Positions 1 through 8,359 of a stretch of DNA of 22,544 nt are shown one piece after another (position 1 is the stretch's first letter; each line of letters starts with the position of its first letter). The stretch comes from Trueperaceae bacterium (GTDB lineage Bacteria > Deinococcota > Deinococci > Deinococcales > Trueperaceae), in the NCBI GenBank assembly GCA_040905465.1, contig JBBDRK010000029.1:87521-110064 (forward strand). The letters are read 5' to 3'. The position numbers and the translations under genes are program-made. The notes beneath the pieces were generated by a model, which saw nothing but the letters and a program-made list of their open reading frames with translations, was not told the DNA's origin and searched no databases.

Positions 1-12
1 GCTCCAGGCGCC

Positions 13-1260
13 TCAGGTGTTGCTCGCACCGGTGGGCCTGAGGACCGCCGTGTCTGCGCTGCCGGTTTCACCTTCTGCCGCCCGCACCGCCAGAGCTCTC
101 TCATACTCTCTGAACCACGAAACTCTCACGAGCATCGAGGCCAGGTATCTATCTTCCTCACTGCTGCACCGGACCAGCGGCACCTGGATGCATTCGAGGT
201 AGAACAGCCAGCGATACTCGTTTCGCTCGCTCAGCCAGCCGGCCAGCTCGCGTGTAAGCTCAGCATCTTCGCCAAGAAGCTTCTCCCGCAGCCTGGCGAT
301 GGCGCGGTGCGACCTCAACTCCAGGGCCCGCTGGTCCAGCACTCGGCAGCAATGGTTCATATAGAGGTAGTACAGATCGTGCAATGGGCTGCGAAAACCC
401 ATGTTCGCCCAATCGATGGCTCGATGCTTCCCTCTGTCGATCACGATGTTGCCCGAGAAGTAGTCGCCGTGGGAGAGCACGAGCGGGATCGCCTCGTCCA
501 TTCCTGCCAGTCGCTGGGACGCCTCCTCCACCAGCGCTACCACCGAACGTCGCTGATCCGGTTCTACCCGGGTGAGCAGGCCGTCCTTTGCCAGAATGTC
601 CGTCCTGAGCCGCGAGATGTAGTCGCCGGAGTCGTGCCACCTGGGTGGGTAGGCTCGCAGGAACTGGAGAAGAAGCGGTTGGTACACCTCCGCAAAATCG
701 TCTTTGCAGCCCAGGAAGTTCAAAGGGTGCGTTCCGCTCACGAACTCCTCGGCGAAATAGCCGCCGTTGAGGTCCACCTCCTTCACGGCGGGAGCGAAGG
801 GGAAGGGTGCGATCTGCCGTGAGAACTCGACGCGCTCACGCAGCTTCGGGCCGTTCTCGACGCCCGACATCAGCGTGTACACGGTGCTGGAACGTATGTC
901 GAGCACCTTGATGGCTCCCGACTTGCGAACTATCGCAAGGTCGCCGCTAACGGGTAGAGCAAGAGCTTCGTCGTTGCCGGCGAACCGACTGGCGGGCCGG
1001 GTCAGCACGAAGAGCATGAGGTGCTTTGCGACGCGCGCGGCCTTCTTGACAGCCGGCGGCAATGCGCCGGAGATTCCTCCGCGGCTGATTCTGGCCTTGC
1101 CTTCGCTCCCCAGGAACTGCTCGAACTGGCTCCACAGATAACCGCCGAGACGCAGGACATCGAGCCGGGCGTTGACGTAAAAGTTGCCGACGCGCACGAA
1201 ACTCTGCACGGGCCGGTTTGTATCGTACGCCCGCGTTTCGTCCAGCACGCCCTCTCTCAT
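13..1260 (-). CDS. APH/choline-kinase-like phosphotransferase
   Basis: Catalytic loop LVLSHGDYFSGN followed by IDW (metal-binding motif) and DL, typical of the APH/ChoK kinase-like fold. The ORF track starts at ATG 1266. ATG 1260 is preferred because the candidate -10 (TATCCT, 1275-1270) would put the TSS near 1263. Confidence 0.75.
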   Translation of the reverse strand: MREGVLDETRAYDTNRPVQSFVRVGNFYVNARLDVLRLGGYLWSQFEQFLGSEGKARISRGGISGALPPAVKKAARVAKHLMLFVLTRPASRFAGNDEALALPVSGDLAIVRKSGAIKVLDIRSSTVYTLMSGVENGPKLRERVEFSRQIAPFPFAPAVKEVDLNGGYFAEEFVSGTHPLNFLGCKDDFAEVYQPLLLQFLRAYPPRWHDSGDYISRLRTDILAKDGLLTRVEPDQRRSVVALVEEASQRLAGMDEAIPLVLSHGDYFSGNIVIDRGKHRAIDWANMGFRSPLHDLYYLYMNHCCRVLDQRALELRSHRAIARLREKLLGEDAELTRELAGWLSERNEYRWLFYLECIQVPLVRCSSEEDRYLASMLVRVSWFREYERALAVRAAEGETGSADTAVLRPTGASNT

Positions 1261-1269
1261 CGTCATTCC

Positions 1270-1313
1270 AGGATACTTGCAGAAGCTGCCGGGCCGCCGA
1301 TGGTGGTCACAGC
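1270..1313 (-). promoter_or_regulatory. Candidate promoter GCTGTGAC-N30-TATCCT upstream of the kinase gene
   Basis: TGTGA at 1311-1307, 31 nt spacer, TANNNT at 1275-1270. The same geometry recurs at other intergenic sites in the window. Confidence 0.6.
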
Positions 1314-1356
1314 CGTTGTAAGCCGAATGTGCGGGTGCGCGAGCGGCAGCGCCGCC

Positions 1357-3231
1357 TCATGACGATGAGACGGTCTCCTTGCTGATTATCTCGTCGAGCT
1401 TGGCCAGCCTGCGGAACTCCACATTGCTTGCCAACAACTCGTCGTACGACCCCTTGACTACGACATTTCCTTCATCCAGGACATAGATCAGGTCGCAGTC
1501 ACGGACAGTGGCCAGCCTGTGAGCGATCATCACGACGGTCTTGGACTTGCCGATCTCGCTGACCGCCTTGAATATGCTCTCCTCCGTCGCCCCGTCCAGG
1601 GCGCTCGTGGCTTCGTCTAGAACCAGCACGCTTGGATCGTGGTACAGAGCCCTGGCGATTCCAAGTCGCTGTCGTTGACCACCGCTCAGCCGGGCACCGC
1701 GCTCGCCGGTGACGGTCTGATAGCCCTGCGGCAGCTCACTGACGATGAAATCGTGAATATTGGCAAGTTTTGCCGCTCTTTCGACTGCAGCCATGTCCAC
1801 CCGATTCACCGGCACTCCGAAAGCGATGTTGCGGGCAACCGTGTCGTCCGCCAGGTAGATCTCCTGAGGAACGTAACCGAGGTTGGCCTGCCAGTTCGGG
1901 AGGTTGGCCGCGGTAACGGGCACATCGTCGACCAGCAGGCGTCCCGCCTGGGGCGTGAGGAGCCCGAGCAGGATGTCGACGGTGGTCGTCTTCCCGGAAC
2001 CGGTAGGGCCGACCAGAGCGATGGTCGAGTTCGACTCGATCCGCAGATCGAAGTCCGAGATAACCGGCCGGCTCTCCGGATAACCGAACGTGACCCGTTC
2101 CATCCGAATCTCGCGATGGAACGCCAACGGCTTGACGGTTTCTCGCTCGGGCGGCAGCTCGAGCTCACCGTCGGCGATGTCGTTGAAGATCAGGTCTACC
2201 GCGGGAGCGCTGAAGCGCATGTCGGTAGATGAGCTGAAGATGTTCTGCAGCGCCGGCATCAATCGGTAGGTGGCGAACGCGTAAAGTCCGAGGAGCGGCA
2301 GTATGTTCGCCAACCCCTGTCCGGAACCGAGCAGGTAGAGGACGATCAGGATCATCCCCCCGAACGCGATCGTCTCCAGCCCGTAGCGGGGCAACGTGCT
2401 GATGACCTGGTGATTCGCCATATAGCGCGAGTAGCGCTTCGAGGGCACCGTGTAGAGCTCCAGAAAGGCGCGCTCCTTGCCGAGCAGCTTGATCTCCTTG
2501 GCGCCCGAAAGCGCTTCGTTCGCGGTCTTGAACCGCTCGCGGTCGTTGAGCGAGCGCTTCTTGCCGATGACGGCGAGCCTGTTCCGTACCCCCAGGAATA
2601 TGACGACATAGGCGCCGCCGAGCAGACCGAAAGCCATGAGCGCCAACATCGGGTTCACTGCAACCAGCAGGATCAGAATGAACACCGCCACGATCCCCTT
2701 GGCTATCAGCTTCATGCCCGAGACCACGAAACCCTTCACCACCTGCTTGACCTCGGAGAGTAGGTTCTTGCCGAGACGTGAAGTGTTTTGGCTCAGGAAG
2801 AAGACGTACGGCTTGTGGAGATACCGCTCCAGCATCCGCTTCGACAGCGCATGGTTGAGCCTCCACGAAAATCGCAGGAGCATCCAGTCGGTGTAAGCCG
2901 AGATCGCGTTGCTGAGCAGCAGCAACGTCAGTGCACCCACGCCGGCGAAGACCAGGAAGCTGTCGTAGCTCTGGAACGCGAGCAGTTCATAGGCGCGGGA
3001 GAGCAGACGGCTGCTCTCGACCGCCGACGGGTCGGCAACCAGAGCCAGAAACGGCATGACCGACGCCACACCCACGACCTGCATCAAGGCCATTACGGCA
3101 ATCATGGGAACGAGCAGGAACACCTGCTTGCGTTCCGCCCGCGACAGCAGGGCGAATACCTTCTTCGCCGCGGCCATCGTCGACTCGTCCGGCTCGATGT
3201 CCGGATCTATTCGTCCATCTACAGGTTTCAA
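1357..3231 (-). CDS. Fused permease/ATPase ABC exporter, PglK/MsbA/HepA-like (probable lipid-linked glycan flippase)
   Basis: N-terminal multi-TM domain, Walker A GPTGSGKTT, signature LSGGQRQR, Walker B VLVLDEATSALD, H-loop IAHRL. Located in a glycan cluster. Start uncertain (TTG 3231 or ATG 3177). Confidence 0.9.
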   Translation of the reverse strand: MKPVDGRIDPDIEPDESTMAAAKKVFALLSRAERKQVFLLVPMIAVMALMQVVGVASVMPFLALVADPSAVESSRLLSRAYELLAFQSYDSFLVFAGVGALTLLLLSNAISAYTDWMLLRFSWRLNHALSKRMLERYLHKPYVFFLSQNTSRLGKNLLSEVKQVVKGFVVSGMKLIAKGIVAVFILILLVAVNPMLALMAFGLLGGAYVVIFLGVRNRLAVIGKKRSLNDRERFKTANEALSGAKEIKLLGKERAFLELYTVPSKRYSRYMANHQVISTLPRYGLETIAFGGMILIVLYLLGSGQGLANILPLLGLYAFATYRLMPALQNIFSSSTDMRFSAPAVDLIFNDIADGELELPPERETVKPLAFHREIRMERVTFGYPESRPVISDFDLRIESNSTIALVGPTGSGKTTTVDILLGLLTPQAGRLLVDDVPVTAANLPNWQANLGYVPQEIYLADDTVARNIAFGVPVNRVDMAAVERAAKLANIHDFIVSELPQGYQTVTGERGARLSGGQRQRLGIARALYHDPSVLVLDEATSALDGATEESIFKAVSEIGKSKTVVMIAHRLATVRDCDLIYVLDEGNVVVKGSYDELLASNVEFRRLAKLDEIISKETVSSS

Positions 3232-3276
3232 AGTGCCCTGCTCTCGGAATAGGCCTCTTCACTCTTCAAACGCCTG

Positions 3277-3309
3277 GCGCTCCGCTCATATCGACGATGA
3301 GTGGAGCGC
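3277..3309. repeat. 13-bp inverted repeat in the divergent intergenic region
   Basis: GCGCTCCGCTCAT-atcgacg-ATGAGTGGAGCGC, with one mismatch (G-T on the + strand). Confidence 0.6.
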
Positions 3310-3373
3310 TCCGGCAACCGGAAAGTCATACGGTACCCCCGCCAGCCAACTATAGGCTTGGGGCCAGGTCGCG

Positions 3374-3418
3374 GCTGTGACTGCTGTGCCGGTCCGAGGG
3401 CCCTCTCGCGCGTAATCT
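3374..3418 (+). promoter_or_regulatory. Candidate promoter GCTGTGAC-N31-TAATCT upstream of the acyltransferase-GT2-GT4 operon
   Basis: TGTGA at 3376-3380, 32 nt spacer, TAATCT at 3413-3418. Confidence 0.55.
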
Positions 3419-3530
3419 CCCAGGTAGATACGGCTTTCCAAGCCTCGGGTGCACCGGAGTCAAATCCACAGGAGTCGAATCGAGGTACCCGGTCGTCGCT
3501 GAATACTTGCCGTCGGAGCTCTGATCTCTC

Positions 3531-4250
3531 TTGAATCGCTTGCTCAACAAACTCATCGTTTTCCTCGGATCCCGCCTGTTGGACGCCGAGGCCGGCATCG
3601 CCAACGCCACGCTCCCGCGCTTCGCCGGGCCCGCCCCCGGCCTGATGATTCGCACGCCGCGCGAGATCGGCAATCCGCACCTCATCCACTTCGGTCGTGA
3701 CGTCAAGATCGGACCGAACAGCGTAATCAAGGCGACGACCCGGTTTCCAGGCGGCTGGTTGAAGCACCCCGCGGGCGAGCACGTGAGCCAGACGTTCACT
3801 CCCACCATCAGCTTCGGTGATCGGGTCACCGCCACCTCTGCCTTGCAGGTCGTTGCATTCGACAGCATCACTATCGGCGACGACGTCATGTTCGCCGGCA
3901 ACATCTACGTCAGCGACGGCCAACACGGTACCGGACGGGGAGACCTGGCCTACAAGTTCCAGGGGATCGAAGGCGTCGCCCCGATCTCCATCGGCCGCGG
4001 CGCCTGGATCGGCCAGAACGTCGTCGTTCTGCCTGGCAGCACCATCGGCGAATTCGCGGTTATCGGAGCCAACAGCGTGGTCAGAGGCGATATTCCGGCC
4101 CGCTCGATGGTCGTCGGCGCACCGGCGCGGGTCGTTCGAGTGTGGGACGACACGAGCGCCGCCTGGCGAAAGCCGGCCGATGGCACCGAGCACGCCGCGA
4201 CTCAGAACGGCAAGGAACCGGCAATCGCCGTGAACCGAGAGGGAGCATGA
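3531..4250 (+). CDS. Hexapeptide-repeat (left-handed beta-helix) O-acyltransferase, MAT/CapG-like
   Basis: ITIGDDVMFAGNIYVSDGQH, ISIGRGAWIGQNVVVLPGSTIGEFAVIGANSVVRGDIP and VVGAPARVV motifs. TTG start. Stop overlaps the next start (ATGA). Confidence 0.88.
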   Translation: MNRLLNKLIVFLGSRLLDAEAGIANATLPRFAGPAPGLMIRTPREIGNPHLIHFGRDVKIGPNSVIKATTRFPGGWLKHPAGEHVSQTFTPTISFGDRVTATSALQVVAFDSITIGDDVMFAGNIYVSDGQHGTGRGDLAYKFQGIEGVAPISIGRGAWIGQNVVVLPGSTIGEFAVIGANSVVRGDIPARSMVVGAPARVVRVWDDTSAAWRKPADGTEHAATQNGKEPAIAVNREGA

Positions 4251-5212
4251 CCGGTCAGCCTCTGGTGACGATAGGCATATCGACCTACAACCGCGCCGGG
4301 AGCTACCTGTGGCAGGCGCTCGACAGCGCACTTGCCCAGACCTACCGGAACGTCGAGGTTCTGGTGTCGGACAACTGCTCTACCGACCACACCGAAGAGC
4401 TGGTGCGGGCCAGAAGCGCGCCGCGCTTGCGTTACGTTCGCCAGGAGCGGAACATCGGCGCGAACCCGAACTTCAACTTCTGCCTCGAGGAGGCCAGGGG
4501 CAAATATTTCCTGCTTCTTCACGACGACGACCGCATAGACGCGGACTTCGTGGCGAACTGCATGCAGGCTGTCGAAGAGACCGGCGATGTGGGCCTTGTC
4601 CGCAGCGGCACACGGGTGATAGACGGAGACGGAAAGGTACTCGCCGAGGACCGGAACACGAGCGCCGGGCTCTCGGCCGGCGAGCTGTTCTTGAGCTGGT
4701 TCGCCCGCGGGACCTCGTTCTATCTGTGCAGCACGCTCTACAACACCGCTTACCTTCGCCGTCACGGCGGCTTCCAAAGCAGGAACAACCTCCTTCAGGA
4801 CGTAGCTGCAATCGCCGAGCTTTCGGTGCGCTACGGCCGCGCCGACGTCCCTGGTGTGAAGGCCAGTTTCCGGCGTCACGACGGCAACAAGGGATCGCGC
4901 GACGCCGCCCTGCTCTGGGCCGATGATTCGCTCTATCTGCTGGACCTGCTCGAGAGACTGCTTCCGGAACACGCCCGGGCCCTGCGCCAGGCCGGACTTC
5001 CGTACCTCAGCCGGAAGTGCTACCGGAACGCCGCGACAATCCGGTCTATAGGCGAAAGGTGGCGGACCTACCTGGCCATCCACGACCGCCTGGGCCGAAG
5101 CTACTCCCCCATGCGCTGGGCTTTGGAGCACGCCATGAGTGAGGCGCGGGTCAGCCTCGGCGAGACTCTCCGCTCGGCAGGACATAAGGCTCGCTCGCTG
5201 CAGCCTTCCTGA
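4247..5212 (+). CDS. GT2 family glycosyltransferase
   Basis: PLVTIGISTYNRA, VSDNCSTD, NIGANPNFN and LLHDDD motifs. Start is ATG 4247 (ATGA overlap, upstream GAGGGAG), not 4142. Confidence 0.92.
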   Translation: MTGQPLVTIGISTYNRAGSYLWQALDSALAQTYRNVEVLVSDNCSTDHTEELVRARSAPRLRYVRQERNIGANPNFNFCLEEARGKYFLLLHDDDRIDADFVANCMQAVEETGDVGLVRSGTRVIDGDGKVLAEDRNTSAGLSAGELFLSWFARGTSFYLCSTLYNTAYLRRHGGFQSRNNLLQDVAAIAELSVRYGRADVPGVKASFRRHDGNKGSRDAALLWADDSLYLLDLLERLLPEHARALRQAGLPYLSRKCYRNAATIRSIGERWRTYLAIHDRLGRSYSPMRWALEHAMSEARVSLGETLRSAGHKARSLQPS

Positions 5213-5221
5213 AGCGGCCCG

Positions 5222-6466
5222 ATGCGAATCGCCATGTTCACGGACGTCTTCCCGCGGCTGTCCAACACCTTCATACTCAACCAGATCACCGGCCTCCTCG
5301 ACCGGGGCCACCAGGTGGACATCTTCGCCCGTGCTCGTGGCGACTTCGAACACGCTCACGACGAGGTCGCCCGCTACCGCCTGGCCGACCGGATGCGCCA
5401 CATCCCGATTCCGCAAGGTCGGCGGGAGCGGCTGACGACGGCCATCAGGCACCTGGCACACCGTTCCGCCTGGAACCGGGGCACGCTGAACGCCTTCAAT
5501 CCTCGCTTGCACCGCGACGAAGCGCTGTCGTTGGTGCAGCTCTACACCGCACTGTCGTTCATGCCGCAGCGCCGCTACGACGTGGTGCACTGCCAGTTCG
5601 GCAAGCTCGGCCCGACGCTGCTGCCCCTGATCGCCGCGCGCGGCTACCGGGAGCCTCTGGTCACCTCGTTTCGGGGCGCCGACCTCACCAGGCTGGCTAC
5701 GCTGCATCCCGGCATCTACCGTGAACTGTTTCGGCGTGGGAACCTCTTCCTGCCGGTCAGCGCCAGCTTCCGCGAGCGGCTGATCGACCTGGGTTGCCCC
5801 GCTGAGAGAATCGTGGTGCATCACTCGGGCGTAATGGTCGAGCGCTTCCCGTTCGCCGAACGGCGGGTCGCGGCCGGGGAACAGACGAGACTGCTGTTCA
5901 TCGGCCGGCTGACCGAGAAGAAGGGCCTGGTTTATGCACTCGAGGCGGTTGCCGAGGTACTGGCGAGCGGGCGCCGGCTCGAGCTCACGGTGATCGGAGA
6001 CGGCGAGCAGCGCGCCGAGCTGCACCGGCACGCCCAGCGGCTCGGCATAGAGGAGTCGGTGGTGATGGCGGGCCGGCAGACACAGGCCCAGGTGATCTGC
6101 CAGCTGCAACGCTCCCATCTGCTCGTCGCGCCCAGCGTGACGGCCTCCGACGGTGACCAGGAGGGTATCCCCAACGTGCTGAAAGAGGCGATGGCGACGG
6201 GCATTCCGGTGCTGGCAACCCGGCACAGCGGCATTCCCGAACTGGTCGACCACGGGGTGAACGGTTTTCTGGTTCCCGAGCGAGACGCCGGCGCCCTGGC
6301 CGAGCGGCTGGCCCACCTGATCGACAATTCCGAGAGTTGGCCTGCCCTGGGCAGGGCCGGGCGCGCCAAGGTCGAAGCGGAGTTCGACAGCGGCGCGCTC
6401 AACGACGAGCTCGTCCGCCTCTACCGGGGCGTCGGCGAAGCCGGGACGAACACGCGGGCGGCCTGA
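5222..6466 (+). CDS. GT4 glycosyltransferase, WcaL/AmsK-like
   Basis: FPRLSNTFILNQITGL, VHCQFG, TSFRGAD, IGRLTEKKG and SVTASDGDQEGIPNVLKEAMA (EX7E), all characteristic of the WcaL/AmsK subfamily. Confidence 0.92.
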   Translation: MRIAMFTDVFPRLSNTFILNQITGLLDRGHQVDIFARARGDFEHAHDEVARYRLADRMRHIPIPQGRRERLTTAIRHLAHRSAWNRGTLNAFNPRLHRDEALSLVQLYTALSFMPQRRYDVVHCQFGKLGPTLLPLIAARGYREPLVTSFRGADLTRLATLHPGIYRELFRRGNLFLPVSASFRERLIDLGCPAERIVVHHSGVMVERFPFAERRVAAGEQTRLLFIGRLTEKKGLVYALEAVAEVLASGRRLELTVIGDGEQRAELHRHAQRLGIEESVVMAGRQTQAQVICQLQRSHLLVAPSVTASDGDQEGIPNVLKEAMATGIPVLATRHSGIPELVDHGVNGFLVPERDAGALAERLAHLIDNSESWPALGRAGRAKVEAEFDSGALNDELVRLYRGVGEAGTNTRAA

Positions 6467-6505
6467 CCGCCCGCATCGTCGCCTGCCGACCCTCTGTTCG
6501 TCGCC

Positions 6506-7162
6506 TCAGCGGCTCACCTCGTCGAGGTGCTCATCTGTCCGAAGCGCCGGTGACGGTCCCGGACTCAACACTCGAGCGATCGTCGCGAGGATGATCCTGA
6601 TGTCGGTCCACACGTCGTGGTCCTCGACATAGCGGCGGTTCAGCTCCAGCTTGCGCGGCAGGATCTGACTCAGGTAGTACTCCTCGGGATCGGGCCTGCC
6701 CGCGAGCAGGTCGTTCTCGTCGCGAAATTCGACCGACGCCAGGTCGGTAATGCCCGGCCGCACGTCGAGCACCCGCCGCTGCTCCGGCGTGTAGCTGGCG
6801 ACGTACTTCGGCACTTCCGGCCTCGGGCCCACCAGCGACATCTCGCCCCGGAGCACGTTCAGGAGTTGAGGCAGCTCATCGAGCTTCCACTTGCGCAGCA
6901 GTCGACCGACGCGGGTGACCCGCGGATCGCAGCCGACCGTGAGTCCCAGGCCGGTTCGGCCAGTGCCCGGGTCCGGCCTGTCGTACATGGTGCGAAACTT
7001 GAGTATCCGAAACGTCTTTCCGCCGCGGCCGACCCGCTCCTGCAGGAAGAGCGCCGGTCCGCTCGAGTCGAGCCTCACCGCCGCGGCGATCAGCGCCAGC
7101 AGCGGCGAGAGCAGCAGCAGCCCGAAACCGGCAGCCAGGACGTCCAGGGCGCGCTTGGCCAT
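6506..7162 (-). CDS. Small monotopic phosphoglycosyl (priming sugar) transferase, PglC-like family
   Basis: KRALDV, a single hydrophobic helix, LKFRTM and DPRVTRVGRLLRKWKLDELPQLLNVLRGEMSLVGPRPE. TGATG coupling with the upstream gene. Confidence 0.93.
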   Translation of the reverse strand: MAKRALDVLAAGFGLLLLSPLLALIAAAVRLDSSGPALFLQERVGRGGKTFRILKFRTMYDRPDPGTGRTGLGLTVGCDPRVTRVGRLLRKWKLDELPQLLNVLRGEMSLVGPRPEVPKYVASYTPEQRRVLDVRPGITDLASVEFRDENDLLAGRPDPEEYYLSQILPRKLELNRRYVEDHDVWTDIRIILATIARVLSPGPSPALRTDEHLDEVSR

Positions 7163-8328
7163 CAGGCGCGGTGGCGCTCCACCGTTTCCAGGACGGCTTC
7201 GACCACATCCTGTACGTCGCTGTCGGCCAGGCCGGGGTGCAGCGGGATCGATAACATCCGTTCGAACGCATCGTGCGCCACCGGGAAGTCCTCGGCGCGG
7301 TAACCGTACTTCTCCCGGTAGAAGCTCATCATGTGGAGCGGCGTGTAGTGAACGCTGGTTCCGATGTTCAGGGCGTTTAGGAGCCGTATGAACTCGTTGC
7401 GATCGACCCGCAGGTGCTCGGTCCGTAGCCGCAGCACGTAGAGGTGCCAGGCGCTGTCGACGTGTGCCAGTTCCACCGGAGCTTCCAGCGCCTCGTTGGA
7501 GATGAACGACCGGCAGTAGCAGCTAGCCACCTGACGCCGGCGCTGGTGGAACCGCTCGAGCCGTCGCAGCTGGTGCTGCCCGATCGCCGCCTGGACGTCG
7601 GTCATGTTGTACTTGAAGCCCGGCATCACGATGTCGTACTGCCAGGAACCGGTCTTGTCGAACCGCTTCCAGCCGTCGGCCGACATGCCGTGCAGGGAGG
7701 TCACCCTGGCCCGTTCCAGCAGTTCGGCACGGCCGGTCAGGGCGCCGCCTTCGATGGTTGTCAGGTTCTTGGTCGCGTAGAAGCTGAAAGCGGCGAGGTT
7801 GTCACGGCTCCCGACCACTGCGCCCCGGTAGCGGGCGGGCAGAGCGTGGGCGGCGTCTTCGATGACCTCCAGGCCGTGCTCCTCAGCTATCGCGAAGATC
7901 GCGTCCAGCTCCGCCGGGTGTCCCGCGTAGTGAACCGGGATCACCGCTCGGGTCCTCGGCGTCAGCGCCTCCCTGACCGCCTCCGGGTCGATGCACATGG
8001 TGTCGGGCAGAACGTCCACCAGTACCGGCGTCGCTCCGACGTGCTCGACCACGTTGGCGGTGGCGGCGAACGTCAAGGTCGGAACGATGACCTCGTCGCC
8101 GGGGCCGATGCCCAGCGTTACCAGGGCTACGTGCAGTCCGGCGGTACACGAGTTGAGCATCACCGAGGCGCCGTCCGGCGCCCCCAGGTACTCGCCGAAC
8201 TGGCGTTCAAACGCCTTGGTCTTGGGACCCGTGGTGATCCACTCGGATCGCAGGGTGTCGACGACCTCGTCGATCTCCTCCTGGCAGATGGTCGGTGGCG
8301 AATATGGCAGGTAAGTCTGACGTGACAT
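7162..8328 (-). CDS. DegT/DnrJ/EryC1/StrS family PLP-dependent sugar aminotransferase
   Basis: WITTGPK, NSCTAGLH, EDAAHA, SFYATKNLTTIEGG (PLP lysine) and GFKYNMTD. Confidence 0.95.
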   Translation of the reverse strand: MSRQTYLPYSPPTICQEEIDEVVDTLRSEWITTGPKTKAFERQFGEYLGAPDGASVMLNSCTAGLHVALVTLGIGPGDEVIVPTLTFAATANVVEHVGATPVLVDVLPDTMCIDPEAVREALTPRTRAVIPVHYAGHPAELDAIFAIAEEHGLEVIEDAAHALPARYRGAVVGSRDNLAAFSFYATKNLTTIEGGALTGRAELLERARVTSLHGMSADGWKRFDKTGSWQYDIVMPGFKYNMTDVQAAIGQHQLRRLERFHQRRRQVASCYCRSFISNEALEAPVELAHVDSAWHLYVLRLRTEHLRVDRNEFIRLLNALNIGTSVHYTPLHMMSFYREKYGYRAEDFPVAHDAFERMLSIPLHPGLADSDVQDVVEAVLETVERHRA

Positions 8329-8359
8329 GGCTAGGAACGACCCCCCTCGTTTCCCTACT

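Noticed and set aside
3301-3534. 77-aa ORF ending on the acyltransferase start, containing a 15-nt-period near-repeat (ggagtcaaatcc/ggagtcgaatcg)
   Set aside because: No recognisable motif or RBS, it spans the candidate promoter, and two imperfect copies are weak evidence.
4202-6316. 704-aa minus-strand ORF and other long antisense ORFs (e.g. 3228..4331, 8777..9886, 11043..12050, 15394..16548)
   Set aside because: They are shadows of well-supported genes on the opposite strand, expected in high-GC DNA, and show no family motifs.
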